This document shows, piece by piece, positions 1 through 14,246 of a stretch of 64,000 nucleotides of DNA (position 1 is the stretch's first letter; each line of letters begins with the position of its first letter). The position numbers and the translations under genes are program-made. The stretch comes from Pristiophorus japonicus. Its lineage: Eukaryota. Location of the stretch: positions 29,822,001 to 29,886,000 of the forward strand of contig NC_091990.1 of assembly GCF_044704955.1 (NCBI RefSeq), read 5' to 3'. The notes under the pieces are model-generated. The model made no database searches and was not told the origin of the DNA. It saw nothing but the letters and a program-made list of their open reading frames with translations.

Positions 1-1548
1 ACTGGCTACTGAAGGTTGCTGAAGGAAGACAAGTTGCAGGGCTGTTGGTGGTTCCATCGTGTAGTCTTCACACAAGCTATTTTCAATTTCTAATGAAGCT
101 TATTTCAACAAAAGCAATAGCAAGACAAACACAAAACACAACAAAGCTCACAGCAGCACAGTGTCATGTGTAAAGTCTGGCACAGTGGCGAATCACGGGA
201 ATTGTCAAACTGTCTCGTCTCCATCCTAGTTTCAGCTATGCTGCTAGGGGACAGTGCTAAGCATAGCCAAAGCACCTCTCAGAGAGGGGTAAATCAATGA
301 GATGAGATCATTTCCTAGTGGCTGGTTAAAAGAATCATCGGCAGTTGCCGAGAAGCAGGCTTCCCTCAAACACAAGTGCATATCCCTGAGGGGAGAAAAT
401 CAGTGGGGGAGAAAAGAGAGAGGGTGTATGCTCCCATGGAAGCATATTATGGCCTGAAAATAGTCAAAACAAACCATTGATGTATTAAAACAAGGTCTGA
501 ATAAAACTCCTGTTAACTCTTTGCACAAAAGGTTTTGTAGCATTGTATAATAAAATGTATAATTGTACAACAAAAAAATAAGTACACATACCCCAATTTC
601 TGCTGTAACTCCTTGCTATTAAAAAAAAACATCTCAATGAATGTGAAGGTGCCTCAATGGTAACTTACCATCTGGTTATATTGTGCATTTTATACCACTG
701 AGTAATACTGATGGAACAAGCTGCTCACTGAGATTTTGAAAGCCTTGGTCTCCCATGACCTCAATGTAGATGCATGATGCACATCAGAGCAGAAAGTTTA
801 ATGTAGCAACCACGACTAGCGGGTAACAGGGTCACGTTTTGGTCAATGACTTGTTCCATTTCCTTCTCGCCATGCACTCACGTACGAAAGGTAACTTAAA
901 TGTTTAAACAAGTCAAGTTTAAATGATGTATTTCAGCTTGAAAAGTTTGGTGAAGTAAATTCTTGTCTCATTAGTTTCCAAGATTCCAGCAAAAATGGGA
1001 ATAGATATGTTGTCACATAGCCAGTACCTATTGGACACCATCAGGATGTCAGATGGGCACTAAAGCAAAAAAGGGGAATGACCTTTTACCCCATTCTCTA
1101 GCAAATTCAAGGTTAATTGCTGCTTTGAAGCAGAATTTCAAGACAAAGCTGAACAGCTAGTGGCCATTTTTTTGTTTGTGTCCTATCGATCTAATCAACA
1201 GGCTCCAAGTGACCCTCGATCACATCAGCCTGCCATTTAAATGAAAACAAGCCAGCATCCATTTTAATACCGTAGCAACTTAAGTCTTTTTTAAATAAAA
1301 CCTTCAGGAGAAATTCTACTCATTGCTCTGAGCTATGTTGGAACGCTACATGTCAGGCACAATTTCAGTTGAACTTTTGATTTTATACGCCTTTGGTTCT
1401 TTCCAGGTCGGGTGCAGGCTTTAGAAATGAATGTCAGATTGCCTTTCATATAGCTGCTGATTGGCATTATCGAGTGCATGTGACTTAAAAAAATGCGCCA
1501 TGTTTGATGAATATTGTAATTACAGATAACTGTTTGCTGAGGGTAGTT

Positions 1549-1960
1549 GGGTACAATAATGTAGTGGTTATTTTATCCGACTAGTAAACCAGAGGCTTGA
1601 ACTAATAAATAAGAGAACGCAAGTTCAAATCCCACCATAGCAATTTGAAAATTTGAACTCAGTTTTTAAAAATCTGGAAATAAAAAGCTGGTATCTTATC
1701 AGTAAAAAGTGACCTCAAAGCTGTTGGATCGTCATAAAACCTCAACTAATTCACTAAAGTCCTTTAGGGAAAGAAACCTGCCGTCCTTACCTGTTCGGGC
1801 CTATATGGGACTCCAGTCCTGCACCAATGTTGTTGACTCGTAACTGCTTTCAGAAGTCACCTAGCAAGCCCCTCAGTTGTACTAAAATTCTACAAGATGG
1901 CTCACCACATATTCGCAAGGCAACTAAGGATGGGCGACGCTCACATCCCCAGAATTAACT
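1549..1960 (+). mobile_element. tRNA-derived SINE with LINE-derived 3' tail
   Basis: A-box-like GTAGTGGTTA and B-box-like GTTCAAATCCC in the head. The tail (GGCTCACCAC...GGGCAACTAAGGATGGGCGACGCTCACATCCC) matches the LINE 3' ends at 57510-57597, 63930-64000 and 42100-42185 (reverse). Confidence 0.75.
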
Positions 1961-3562
1961 TTTTTTTCTAAAAAGTTGTATTTGGGGAGGACGCTTCCTG
2001 TTAGAAGCACTTCCAGTTCTGCCAATGACTAAAGAAAACAGGTTTGGAGCAGAAAATCCTGGTCCACAATATCACCACATCTATATAAACAATATAAGGG
2101 TATTTCTTGTCTTAAAAATAGAAAAATGTGTTATGGTTTTCATTACGCGGAAGAAATCTGCTATGAGGCTTCAGCAGAGAACAAATCCATACTTACCATA
2201 TAAATACCTTTTCAATTTACGGCCATAAAGATGGTCATAGTTTAAAATATTTATAAATCTGACCTTAGTGTTGTATGAAGTGCTACATATTCAACACTGC
2301 AAAATGTTCTAAACCAATCAGCATGAATTCAATTATCACAAAACAAAACATTGGTGCCTGTAGGGTACATCCATCTGATTTCTAGGACTAATAATGTATA
2401 TTACCCTACGGGGTTCCATAATGGTTTAAAAAAAAGCCTGGGGTGATATTAGTAATCCAGTTTCATTAATAATCCAGTTTCTGTAGCTTAGGCACCTTTT
2501 TTAAAAAATAATTGTATTTCAGCAAGACCTTTGTCTGCAAACAGAATTTATACTGCTACTGCATCCTATGGATTTTTCTGGGCCGAGTGAACATATTAGT
2601 GAGAAGATGCAATTTTTACCCAGCCAGCATTACATATCCCTTCAGCCAACTTTGTGTTACAATTAATTACAAAATATATATGTCATTTATATTCTTAGTG
2701 GTGCTTGTCCTGGAACATTGAAAAACTACCCCCGAATTCTCATTTTTAAAGTTAGACAATTGTGCTTTCTGTAACTCAATAAGCAGTTCCAGTCATGCCG
2801 AGAATACAAATGATCTACATACAAAGGTGCTTGTGTCATTTTCCATGTTGCATCGCTTATTATTGGCACATGGATATGTGCCAACCAGCTCCCACACGTT
2901 GAACTGATGATCTGAACACTGCTGCAGAATGATGCCAACAGAGGCAAAATGGCCAAAAACCCCAGTTAGCAGCTTCTTTCAAACGGACAATGGTAAATGG
3001 CCTGGGAGCAAATCATCCTCAGTCATAAATGACATGTAGCACAGGGGGCAGATACTTTCAAACTAATGTTGCGAAGAGGAAAGGTAAAGAGTAAATGACA
3101 ACAACAGTGAGAAAATAAAATGTGCACAATGTTCCAGCTTTCACGAAAATTTAAAAGCATTGAATGATCTTTAAAAATCATGCTCCAAGTGTTTGCCCGT
3201 GCCTTTCAAATTAATTCTTGTTCCATTCAGATGCTGTATCCTTTATACAATTGTAATTTATTCATTTTTTCTGGAGGTTATATTTATGAAAAGCATGTGC
3301 AAGCTTATGAATGCCTGATGTATTCACCTTTGTTTCTTTTGCATATTTATAATGATTGCTTAAAGATACATATTTCAGAGATTCTGCCAGAGCTAAAAAA
3401 GACTGTAAATAAGGGACAAATTCCCTCATTTCAAAATGGTAGCAGACTGAGACACGCAGCACTAAAGAATTCAAATGATGTGACCTTCTGATAATGTTCT
3501 AGATCAAGGTAAGAATTTTAATTCAATTAAATTATAATTTACAATTCTTGGGAAGAATCGTA

Positions 3563-3982
3563 GGGGCTGACAAGGCAGTCAGAAGTACCCAAAGCACCCA
3601 CAAATCAGGTGCTCAGGTCTAAAACTGCCTTCACACTTAATGCAATGAGTGCAGGGGGAATGCAAATGCGAAGCACCAAGCACACTACCAACCTGTGCTT
3701 CAATTGTACCCAAATTCCATGCAAATTAGGGCTCCTCCTATAATGTAGGCAACGTACCCATTTCTGATAGGCACTTTAGGGGAGGTCTACATTAAAAATT
3801 TTACTCACGAGATGCCGTCGCCATCTAGGGACACACTCCATTTCTAGCCTTCCTTTTCCTACCCCTCCCGTGGTCACTTCTTGAAAGAGGTCTTTATGTC
3901 CCATGGCATTAAAGTAACAGCAGCTTTTCAATGGGAGTCCTTCACTCACTACTGGCACCTAACATTCTAACTTCGGAGCCCC
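3563..3982. mobile_element. degenerate non-autonomous DNA transposon, possibly Harbinger-like
   Basis: Short terminal inverted match GGGGCT...AGCCCC, resembling the better preserved elements later in the window; no coding capacity. Confidence 0.3.
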
Positions 3983-4309
3983 TATGGTGCTAACATCACA
4001 ACATGTGGCAAGAGTCAAGGACAATACAAAAGTATTTAACCAAGCAGATTACATTACAGGGTCTGCTGCCATTTTGGAAATATGGAATTTAATTTATTCT
4101 GCTTAGTTAGGTTGATGATGCTCCCTGGAGCACAATTTACCTTTAATTGTAAGGGGTTTAAGACAATTTTCAACTCTTTCATTACTGCACACATGATACA
4201 GACAACAGATAAAAGTGTATAAATTCTCATAGTACTAGAAAAAAATCTTGGATGTCCAACCAAAATATCTACTATCCAAGGTTAGCAGTACTGTAACTAT
4301 TCTGAGGAG

Positions 4310-4585
4310 TTATTCAACCCAATGAATTATTTTTTGAAGTGTAGTCACTGTTGTTATATAGGCAAATGTAGCAGACAAGATTCCACAGGTGGCCATGGAC
4401 AGTTAACTTATTTTTGGTGATATTGATTGAAGGAAAATGTCCCTGCTCTTTTTTAAATAATGCCATGGGATCTTTAATGTTCATTTGAAAGGGCAGACAA
4501 GACTTGCTGCAATGTCTCATCTGAAAGACGTAACCTCCAAATGATGTAGCACTCCATCAGTATTGCACTTGAGTATTAACCTGAG
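4310..4585 (-). mobile_element. SacSINE1/DeuSINE-type SINE fragment
   Basis: Reverse complement of the Deu-domain segment (AAAGATCCCATGGCA...ACAGTGACTACACTTCAAAA) also seen at 16447-16905. Confidence 0.75.
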
Positions 4586-4946
4586 GCAGCTCGACAAAGT
4601 AGATGCAGAGAGGATGTTTCCACTCGTGTGAGGATCTAGAACTAGGAGGTATAGTTTAATAAGAGGTTGCCCATTTAGAACTGAGATTAAGAGGAATTTC
4701 TTATCTCAGAGGGTCATAAATCTGTGGAATTCTCTACCCGAGAGCTGTCGAGGCAGGGTCATTGAATTTATTTAATGCGGAGATGGACAGATTTTTGAAC
4801 GATAAGGGAGTGAAGGGTTATGGGGAGCGGGCAGGGTAAAAGTGGAGCTGAGCCCAAGATCAGATCAGCCATGATCTTATTGAATGGTGGAGCAGGCTCG
4901 AGGAGCCAAATGGCCTACTCCTGCTCTTATTTCCTATGTTCTTATG
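4586..4946 (+). mobile_element. CR1 LINE 3' end
   Basis: CR1 ORF2 C-terminal region, 3' stem-loop GGAGCAGGCTCGAGG...TGGCCTACTCCTGCTC and TTCTTATGT tail. Confidence 0.85.
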
Positions 4947-5039
4947 TAGAAGACTGGCAGTAAATAAAGGTTTTTATAAGCACATCAAAGCATAATCAAA
5001 GGTTGGAACCTCTAAGGGATGATGTCAATCTGTTATGGA

Positions 5040-6482
5040 GTAAAAGATGAACAATAAGCATTTCTGCCTCTATATTTACAAAGAAGAACCAGAAGAGTAC
5101 TTGAAGGAACAACTAAAAGATAAAAGGAAACCATTAGAAGTTTTAATAAGCCTCAAGGATGATAGGACTCTAGGCTGTTCAGACCTGACAACCGAGAGAT
5201 GTTTAAGAGAAAATAGCAGATACTATCCACAACTTTCCAAAATTCTTTGGAACAGGAAAAGTACCAAAGTTGAGTGTGGCAAAGGCTTTACTCTGCTCTA
5301 AAAAGGGAGAAGGATTAGCCAGCTGGTTATAGACTAGTTAGTCTCATACTAGTTATAGGGAAATGGTTAGAGGCAAGAGAAAAAACATCAGTTTTGGACC
5401 AAGGAAAAGTCAACATGGACAAAGCAGTGGATGCATCAATTTAAATTTCAAAATGTGCTTCATAAAATGCCAAATAAGAAACTTCTGAGATTACGGCTAT
5501 GGTATGAAAGGTGAAGCAGTGAGGCATGGATAGAAGGACAGAAGGAATAAATGAATGTGTTTCTTGGACTGTCAAGATTTAGCTAGTTGTGTACACCACG
5601 CACCTCTAGTGGGACTATGCACATAAATGATCTGGATGTGGGCATAGAGGGAGTATCAAAATTTGCGAATAAGTGGTTTAGGGTACATGACAAACTACGG
5701 AAAATGCGAGAGACTACATAGACAGATTAGTGGAGCTACAAATATGTAGCACAATGAAGGTAAATGTGAAGTAGTACAAAAAAGATGATAAAAATATTCC
5801 CTAAATCCAGAAATCTTTTGGTACCATTGTCAATGGAATGGGGGAAGAGAGAGATCTAGAGTACAGATCTTTAAAAGGATTAAAAAGGGCAATAGGGTTC
5901 TGGATTTTATATAAAGAAGCACTGAATTCAAAAGCAAGAATGCAATGATTAATCCGCAGATGATGTTGGTTAGGCTACAGGTGGAGTGTTGTGTGCAGTT
6001 TTGGAACCCCATTATTGAAAAATACTAAAGCTATGGAAAAGGTACAATATAGATTATGAAAAGTATATAGTTATGATGAGAGACTCGGAAAAACTAAGCT
6101 AGTATTCACTGGAACTGAATTTAAAGGGAGACCTAATGCAAGTGTTCAAAATCGTGAAAGGTTTTGAATAAGTTAACAGCGAGAGGTTATTTCCACTGGT
6201 CAATGAATCAATTACAAGGGGGTGCAAATTTGGGATTAGTACAAGTAGTGGGAAAACAAAATATGAAAAAAAAATCACCCAAAGAGTCATTAGAATATGG
6301 GATAATACATTGCCACAAGTGGCTAATGGAGCCAATTCAATCACATTTTGAGTGCAAAAACATTACGAAAAAAACTAAAAGGTACGGGGAAGAGAACGGA
6401 AAGATGCGAGTAGATGGTTGATGGTTTGAGTCTCTGCAGTGACAGAAATGACCTTCTTCTACACTTGGATTTCTATGATTAT
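5040..6482 (+). mobile_element. old degenerate CR1 LINE (RT to 3' end)
   Basis: Decayed RT motifs (TCAAAATTTGCGAAT; GGAGTGTTGTGTGCAGTTTTGG = EYCVQFW) and a TTTCTATGATT tail. Confidence 0.7.
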
Positions 6483-7387
6483 TTTCCATCCCAGTAACTC
6501 TTAAACAATTTAGCCAAGCTCGATGTGCACTCAATTTACTGCTGTGTTATGTGTTTTCATTTTAAAGTTGCACTTGGTATCTGAATCGTTTGTAAACAAA
6601 CTTAATATTGGCATGGAGATGAAACAAACCCAAAAAATTAGTTTACAAAAATTATGAACTTTTAAGAGGGCTAGCATGATTACTTATTTCTGTATACGCG
6701 AAAAAAAAAGTAAATTTTTACCAATGACTGTATATAATGTAAAATTCTACAATGTATGAACATATTTTCAAAATAAACCATGATACTATATTTTTGAGTA
6801 TATAATCTATTTTTGCATTTTTAAATGTATCCTCTCTCCAGTGAGGATTCAGCACTTAGTTGATTATCCATTATCCCATTTAACTAAAGTATTTGTTATG
6901 CTCAAAATATATGAGCAAATGAGTCTTTAATATGTTTGGATTTATATAATCAATGTTATTTGAATATAGGATGCTGTAACAGTGAATGTGTTACAACAGC
7001 TCTTGCAAAAGTGTGAAAGGTGTAGAACACAACACTTGAATTATAATATCTTTCCAATGAGCAGATTAATGATATACTGTTACTAGTGAGATATTTCAGA
7101 AGGAATTTATTTTACAAGCACAACCAATCTGCTTGGTAATGATTTATAGAACAGAATTGTAATTAAAATCAAGATGGAGTGAATATACCATTTGCACTAT
7201 GCATTAAAATATATCATATTTCCATATAATGTCTGCAATTTAAATCTGGTTAATTGTATTATAAAGGGATAAGTGCGTTTCAGAATTATCTGGTCAGGAT
7301 GGAAGCACTTTACAGTCAATGAAGTATTTTTGAAGTGCAGTCACGCAACTAAATTGCACAGCAAGGTCCCACAAACACCAAAGCGAT

Positions 7388-9605
7388 AACATAGAAAATA
7401 GGTGCATGAGTAGGCCATTCGGCCCTTCGAACCTGTACCACCATTCAATATGATCATGGCTGATCATGCAACTTCAGTACCCCATTCCTGCTTTCTCTCT
7501 ATATCCCTTGATCCCTTTAGCCATAAGGGCCACATCTAACTCCCTTTTGAATATATCTAACTAACTGGCCTCAACAACTTTCTATGGTAGAGAATTCCAT
7601 AGGTTCACAATTCTCCTCATCTCGGTTCTAAATGGCTTACCCCTTATCCTTAAGTCTGGACTTCCCAACATCGGGAACCTTCTTCCTGCATCTATGTTTC
7701 TATGAGATTCCCTCTCATTCTTCTAAATTCCAGTGAATATAGAAACATAGACATAGAAACATAGAAAATAGGTGCAGGAGTAGGCCATTCGGCCCTTCTA
7801 GCCTGCACAGCCATTCAATGAGTTCATGGCTGAACATGCAACTTCAAGTACCCCATTCCTGCTTTCTCGTCATACCCCTTGATCCCCCTAGTAGTAAGGA
7901 CTTCATCTAACTCCTTTTTGAATATATTTAGTGAATTGGCCTCAACAACTTTCTGGGGTAGAGAATCCCACAGGTTCACCACTCCATGGGTGAAGAAGTT
8001 TCTCCTCATCTCGGTCCTAAATGGCTTACCCCTTATCCTGAGACTGTGACCCCTGGTTCTGGACTTCCCCAACATTGGGAACATTCTTCCTGCATCTAAC
8101 CTGTCTAAACCCATCAGAATTTTAAACGTTTCTATGAGGTCCCCTCTCATTCTTCTGAACTCCAGTGAATACAAGCCCAGTTGATCCAGTCTTTCTTGAT
8201 AGGTCAGTCCCGCCATCCCGGGAATCAGTCTAGTCGATCCAGTTTTTCCTTCACATCAGCCCTGCCATCCCAGGAATCAGTCTGGTGAACCTTTACTGCA
8301 CACCCTCAATAGCAAGAATGTCCTTCCTCAGGTTAGGAGACCAAAACTGCACACAGTACTCAAGGTGTGGTCTCACCAAGATCCTGTACAACTGCAGTAA
8401 GACCTCCCTGCTCCTATACTCAAATTCCCTCGCTATGAAGGCCAGCATGCCATTTGCTTTCTTTACTGCCTGCTGTACCTGCATGCCTACCTTCAATGAC
8501 TGATGTACCATGACACCCAGGTCTTGTGGCACCTCCCCTTTTACTAATCTGTCACCATTCAGATAATAATGTGCCTTCCTGTTTTTGCCACCAAAGTGGA
8601 TAACCTCACACTTATTCACATTATACTGCATCTGCCATGCATTTGCCCATTTACTTAACCTGTCCAAGTCCCCCTGCAGCCTCCAAGCATCCTCCTCGCA
8701 GCTCGCACTGCTACCCAGTTTAGTGTCATCTGCAAACTTGAAGATATTACATTCAATTCCTTTGTCTAAATCATTAATGTATATTGTAAATAGCTGGGGT
8801 CCCAGCACTGAACCCTGTGCACCCCACTAGTCACTGCCTGCCATTCTGAAAAGGACCCGTTTATTCCCACTCTTTGCTTCCTGTCTGCCAACCAGTTCTC
8901 TATCCACGTCAATACATTACCCCCAATACCTTGTGCCTTAATTTTGCACACTAATCTCTTGTGTGGGACCTTGTTAAAAGCCTTTTGAAAGTCCAAATAC
9001 ACCACATCCACTGGTTCTCCCTTATCCACTCTACTAGTTACATCCTCAAAAAACTCTAGAAGATTTGTCAAGCATGATTTCCCTTTCATAAATCCATGCT
9101 GACTTGGACAGATCCTGTCACTGCTTTCCAGATGCGCTGCTATGACATCTTTAATAATTGACTCCAGCATTTTCCCCGCCACTGATGTCAGGCTAACTGG
9201 TCTATAATTCCCTGTTTTCTCTCTCCCTCCTTTTTTTAAAAATGGGGTTACATTAGCTACCCTCCAATCCATAGGAACTGAACCAGAGTCCATGGAATGC
9301 TGGAAAATGACCACCAATGCATCACTATTTCTAGGGCACTTCCTTAAGTACTCTGGGATGCAGACTATCAGGCCCTGGATATTTATTGGCCTTCAGTCCC
9401 TTCAATTTCCCTAACAGCATTTCCTGACTAATAAGGATTTCCCTCAGTTCCCCCTTCGCACTAGACACTTGGTCCCCTAGTATTTTCGTGAGGTTATTCG
9501 TGTCTTCCTTAGTGAAGACAGAAGCAAAGTATTTGTTCAATTGGTCTGCCATTTCCTTGTTCCCAACTATGAATTCACCAGATTCTGACTGCAAGGGACC
9601 TACAT
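7388..9605 (-). mobile_element. CR1 LINE (ORF2 RT region to 3' tail) carrying a nested second CR1 3' end at about 7742-8232
   Basis: ORFs 9331-9594, 8766-9317, 8293-8808 and 7824-8216 encode CR1 RT motifs ([35 protein letters not shown]). Two separate (TTCTATGT)n tails at 7388 and 7742. Confidence 0.93.
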
Positions 9606-10439
9606 GACCAAATCTTCTGGTTTAGTTGTTGGTTGAGGGAATTAAGTGTCAACGATATGTTGCAACTATATAGGCTTGTAACTGCACAACAGTAATGCAT
9701 TTTCAGGGCAATGCATTTCATCTGGGGAAAGAATAAAAATAAAATTAAAATTTAAAATCAGAAAAACATTCTTGCTTGTGGTCATTTCTGTTATGAAGAA
9801 TTGTCCATCACATTCTTGATCTACAGCATCTGTCTTACTTGCCGTCAGTAAAAAGAAACCATATTGCAGCAAAGTGCAACGAGGAGTTCCCAGTACTTCA
9901 ATGTAATATAATTACAACAGTGTTCCTTGATCTGTCTTTGGAAAAAGGACAATTTATTTTGCAACCCAATGTAATAGGACCAAGAATGTTCTGGAATGAA
10001 AAATGATTCGGACTACCAGACAGATAGAACCATAACAAATTACAAGACGACAAAAAAAAAAAAGAGGGCACGAGAGAAAGAAACAAGAGGGAGATAACTG
10101 TGTTACTGAAAGAATCAGAGTGCGAAAAAGCAGAGAAGATAGTTGCAAGGAGATACAATTTTGCTTTTATTTTTCTCCAGAAGCGAATGGCACAGAAAAT
10201 CAATGTATAATATAAAAGCGCTTAACACTGGAGTAATTTGAAGTTATAAAATTGCCTGCCTTCCAAGTCACCATCAGTAACATCACAGGAGATCCACTAA
10301 TAGTTTAGCAATTGCATACCCTTGGCTACAGTTACTACTGATTTCACAAAGTAATTGAAATTCCATTGGATTATGCATTTTCAGAGACTTGCATGAATAG
10401 TGTATCACACCAGAAGTAGCATAATTTGTTCAAGCTACC

Positions 10440-11222
10440 TAGGTTCACCAGATTGATTCCTGGGATGGAGAACATAAGAACATAAGAATTAGGAACAGGA
10501 GTAGGCCATCTAGCCCCTCGAGCCTGCTCCGCCATTCAAAAAGATCATGGCTGATCTGGCCGTGGACTCAGCTCCACTTACCCGCCCACTCCCCGTAACC
10601 CTTAATTCCCTTATTAGTTAAAAATCTATCTATCTGTGATTTGAATACATTCAATGAGCTAGCCTCAACTGCTTCCTTGGGCAGAGAATTCCACAGATTC
10701 ACAACCCTCTGGGAGAAGAAATTCCTTTTCAACTCGGTTTTAAATTGGCTTCCCCGTATTTTGAGGCTGTCTTATGAGGAGAGATTGAGTAGAATTGGCC
10801 TATATTCTCTAGCATTTAGAAGAATGAGAGATGATTTCATTGAAACATACAAAACTCTTACAGGGCTTGACAGAGTAGATGCAGGAAGGATGTTTCCCCT
10901 GGCTGGGGAGTTTAAAACCAGGGGTCACAGTCTCAGAATAAGGAGTCGGCCATTTAAAACTGAGATGAGGAGAAATGACTTCACTCAGAGGGTGGTAAAT
11001 CTTTGGAATTCTCTTCCCCAGAAGGTTGTGGAGGCTCAGTCATTAAGTATATTCAAGACAGAGATCGATCGATTTTTGGATATTAAAGGAATCAAAGGAC
11101 ATGGGGATAGTGCAGGAAAGTGGAGTTGAGATCGAAGATCAGCCATGATCTTATTGAATGGCAGAGCAAGCTCGAGGGGCCGAATGGCTGACTCCTCCTG
11201 TTTCTTACCTTTATGTTTCTAT
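10440..11222 (+). mobile_element. CR1 LINE 3' portion interrupted by an antisense CR1 3' end (about 10470-10768)
   Basis: Plus-strand RFTRLIPGM / YEERLSRIGLYSL...VVNLWNSLP is split by a minus-strand copy with an (AACATAAG)n tail. Confidence 0.9.
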
Positions 11223-11311
11223 CTCATGTCAGCACGTATTGGTAATAAACCTTAGAATTGTCAATAAACAGTTAAAAAAAATGCACAACTAGTAATCAGT
11301 AGGAAAACATA

Positions 11312-11317
11312 TTTATT
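11312..11317 (-). promoter_or_regulatory. candidate polyadenylation signal for S100PBP
   Basis: Minus-strand AATAAA at the distal end of the largely TE-free, AT-rich stretch 11300-14246 downstream of the stop codon. Other AATAAA hexamers also occur in this stretch. Confidence 0.35.
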
Positions 11318-14246
11318 GAATATTTGAAGTACAAATCTAAAACTATGATTTAAAAAAAGACAAAAAAGGACTTTACAGCAATGAAGGACCACAATGACAA
11401 CTTTTCATCAGGCATTGTTGGCCAACTGGAGTTCTCAATTAAAGCAGTTTGTTTTCATAGCCTTAAGGGATCAGCCAGTCAAGTGTCTTTTTGGAAGCCA
11501 ATTTGAAATTTTCAGTCAGAAAAAACATTGTTGACAGATGTACTTTATTTCCAGAGTTTTTTGGTCACTTCCCCAGACCAAGTGATTGCTACAAAACTCC
11601 AGACTAGTCCCCTCAACCTGCTTAAAAGTGAAATATATTTTGACAGATTTTCAAATGATCTTAAATGCTCTTGAGGATAACACTTGCATATCCCTCGATC
11701 ACTTGCTGTTCAAGTGTTTGATGAGCTAAACTGCTGGTTAGAGCCAGCCCATTCCATATTGTGTGTAGAACTCCCCTTTCCTATGATGTTAAGTTCCACT
11801 GTGGGGATATGAATCAGAACAATGGACTGTGGGTGGGCAGATTTGACAATATCTGTTTCTAACTAGATCTAAACTGTAAAGTAGAAGTATAGATTGACTC
11901 AAATACACTCAGTGAGCTTAGAGTTACCCATTACATTATCTTATTTATACACAACTCAATAGAACAATGATGCTCAATCATTTTAATATCAGACCTTTTT
12001 GCAAAATCAGTAGGTTTCGCTGTCCCCTCCTTTCATCATAACCATAATGAGTCTATGACTAACTGAAAACTAAAAGTTACTCCCCATTCAGAAGCCCATC
12101 TCCCCCGCACACCACCCCCCCCCCCACCACCACCACCACAGTTCCCAGAGCTACTGTCCCTCACTGATGCATTCCTTGCTGCCCCTTTGCAACACTACTG
12201 CATTGCTCCAGAAGCAGAGACTCTCCCAACTGCTGTCAGTGACAATTCCTGAACCTGCCAAAACTAAGATCGTGAACGCCTGCACAGTGAAAACATGGAA
12301 AGGGTCTGGAGTTGGGAACCAGGACCCAAGTGCACCAGGAAGCTGAGCTGCAGCAACCCACAGGCTGAAGAAAACTGCTACAATAAGCGCAACTTTCCTC
12401 AGGGAATAGTGGCTTGGGTAATGCACCATTATTAGTACCTAATCCAAATATATTTCACCAATACTTTGTCGGCTCCACAGTAGAGTGTAAGTTACTATGG
12501 TGCAATATTACAATGATTCAATATTAACACTATACAGTAATTGGTACAATCGCATTCAGAACATTTTTATGATATGCATTATTTGTATCCAGTTTGATTT
12601 ACAGTAGTATCCCCAGTATACTGAATTATGTCTGACAAATGCATATTACTATAGCTCAATATCACTTGACAGTCAGTTTGAGCCCTGAACCTGAAACTGC
12701 ACTATAACTGTAGTGTTAGCATGAAGCAAAACCACTTCACATCGATGCTGCTGTTGTTGTCGTGTGAATGTGCTCTTAAGTAACTAAAGCCAGAGACATG
12801 AATATAAAAAGGCAAAAGTAAAAGTAACCACACAAAATAGCACAGTAGATTGAGGGAATCAGGTAAAATATTAAATGAATGTTAAGCACTATTCACATTA
12901 TTGACAAGTCACTTTTATTTAGACTGAATAAGTCAGTATGTCAATTAGTTGTAGTTAGCTGAATGTAGAATATATAAAAGGATTTAATAGGCTCTAAATG
13001 ACCTAAATGAGACACATTTGATATTGTTAAAAGTGCAATTCTTTGACTAAGAGGATATTAAATGATATGAGTATGCTTTACTGTACATCCAGTTCTCTTA
13101 CTGGTATTTGGGTATGTGTTACAGCAGTACAATAACCCTAACTCATGCTACCAGGCTCCAGAATTTCTTCAAAATCAGTGTTGTTTTCAGTGCAAGTCTA
13201 GGACCAGTACTTTTATTATTGAAACTGGTACTCAGACTGTTATTTGGGATTGACAACAGTACATGGAGGTAGGGCATGGCCATCAGGTCACTGCTGCAAT
13301 GGTGGTTTGGAATAATTTCACTTCAGTTATTACTGTGTAGAATTTAAAAGGTCACCAACCATAACTTGTACTTAAAGTGCTTTGAGCTCAAATGGAATAC
13401 AAGATGTAAGGTTGAACACGACATACCATTTACTTTTTCTTCCTCATGCTATATGCCCTGGAAGTTTCAAGGCCAGACGGAAAATTGAATTGTGTTGTAA
13501 GTAGATGAAAAGAAATAATTGCACCACCAAAATGACTACCCCTCCAAAACAGTAACCACATGAATTATACTCTATTGCTTGTGACATATTCACAGTCTGT
13601 AGAAAAAAAAAATCATACCAGAACCCTGCTTCTGAATACCTACATGAGTTACCTTAAATTTCTAAAATCAATTATATTCAGTTGGAAACATTAATAACTG
13701 ACCTTTCAGACTGTCTGCAATTTTGGAGTATAGACATTATTACGTCCAGTATTAGAGCCATGACTTGTGAAAGAAAGCATAATGCCTCTCAATGGCCACT
13801 CGACCACTGTGTGCTGGCAATTAAATCCACACATGCAAGTAAAATATTAATTTGTAATTGCATAGTCTGCTTCAAGACCAAAGTTGCAACCCGTCAGCTT
13901 TACGGATCTTTCCTGTGATTTCTTGATCTCAACCAAGCTATTTTCGCAACAGCCAAGCTGATTATTTGCAGAGAGCAGAATCTAATAAGAGCTTGCCAAC
14001 TCCTATAGAACCCGCCCCCTCTCAGTCAGACATTCAATAGAATCTTCCGGCAAAGAAAACCAACTTTCTCGTTAAGACTAGAGAAGAAATTTCTTTTACA
14101 AGCACCAGATTACTTAGTACAGTACTACAGAAAAAAGCACCCAAACAGCCCACCAAAAACTTGGAAACGAAATCCACACAAACTGAACTTACAACTTTGT
14201 GACACGTCAGAAGAATGCAATTGATTCCAGGCTGTATATTCTGCAA

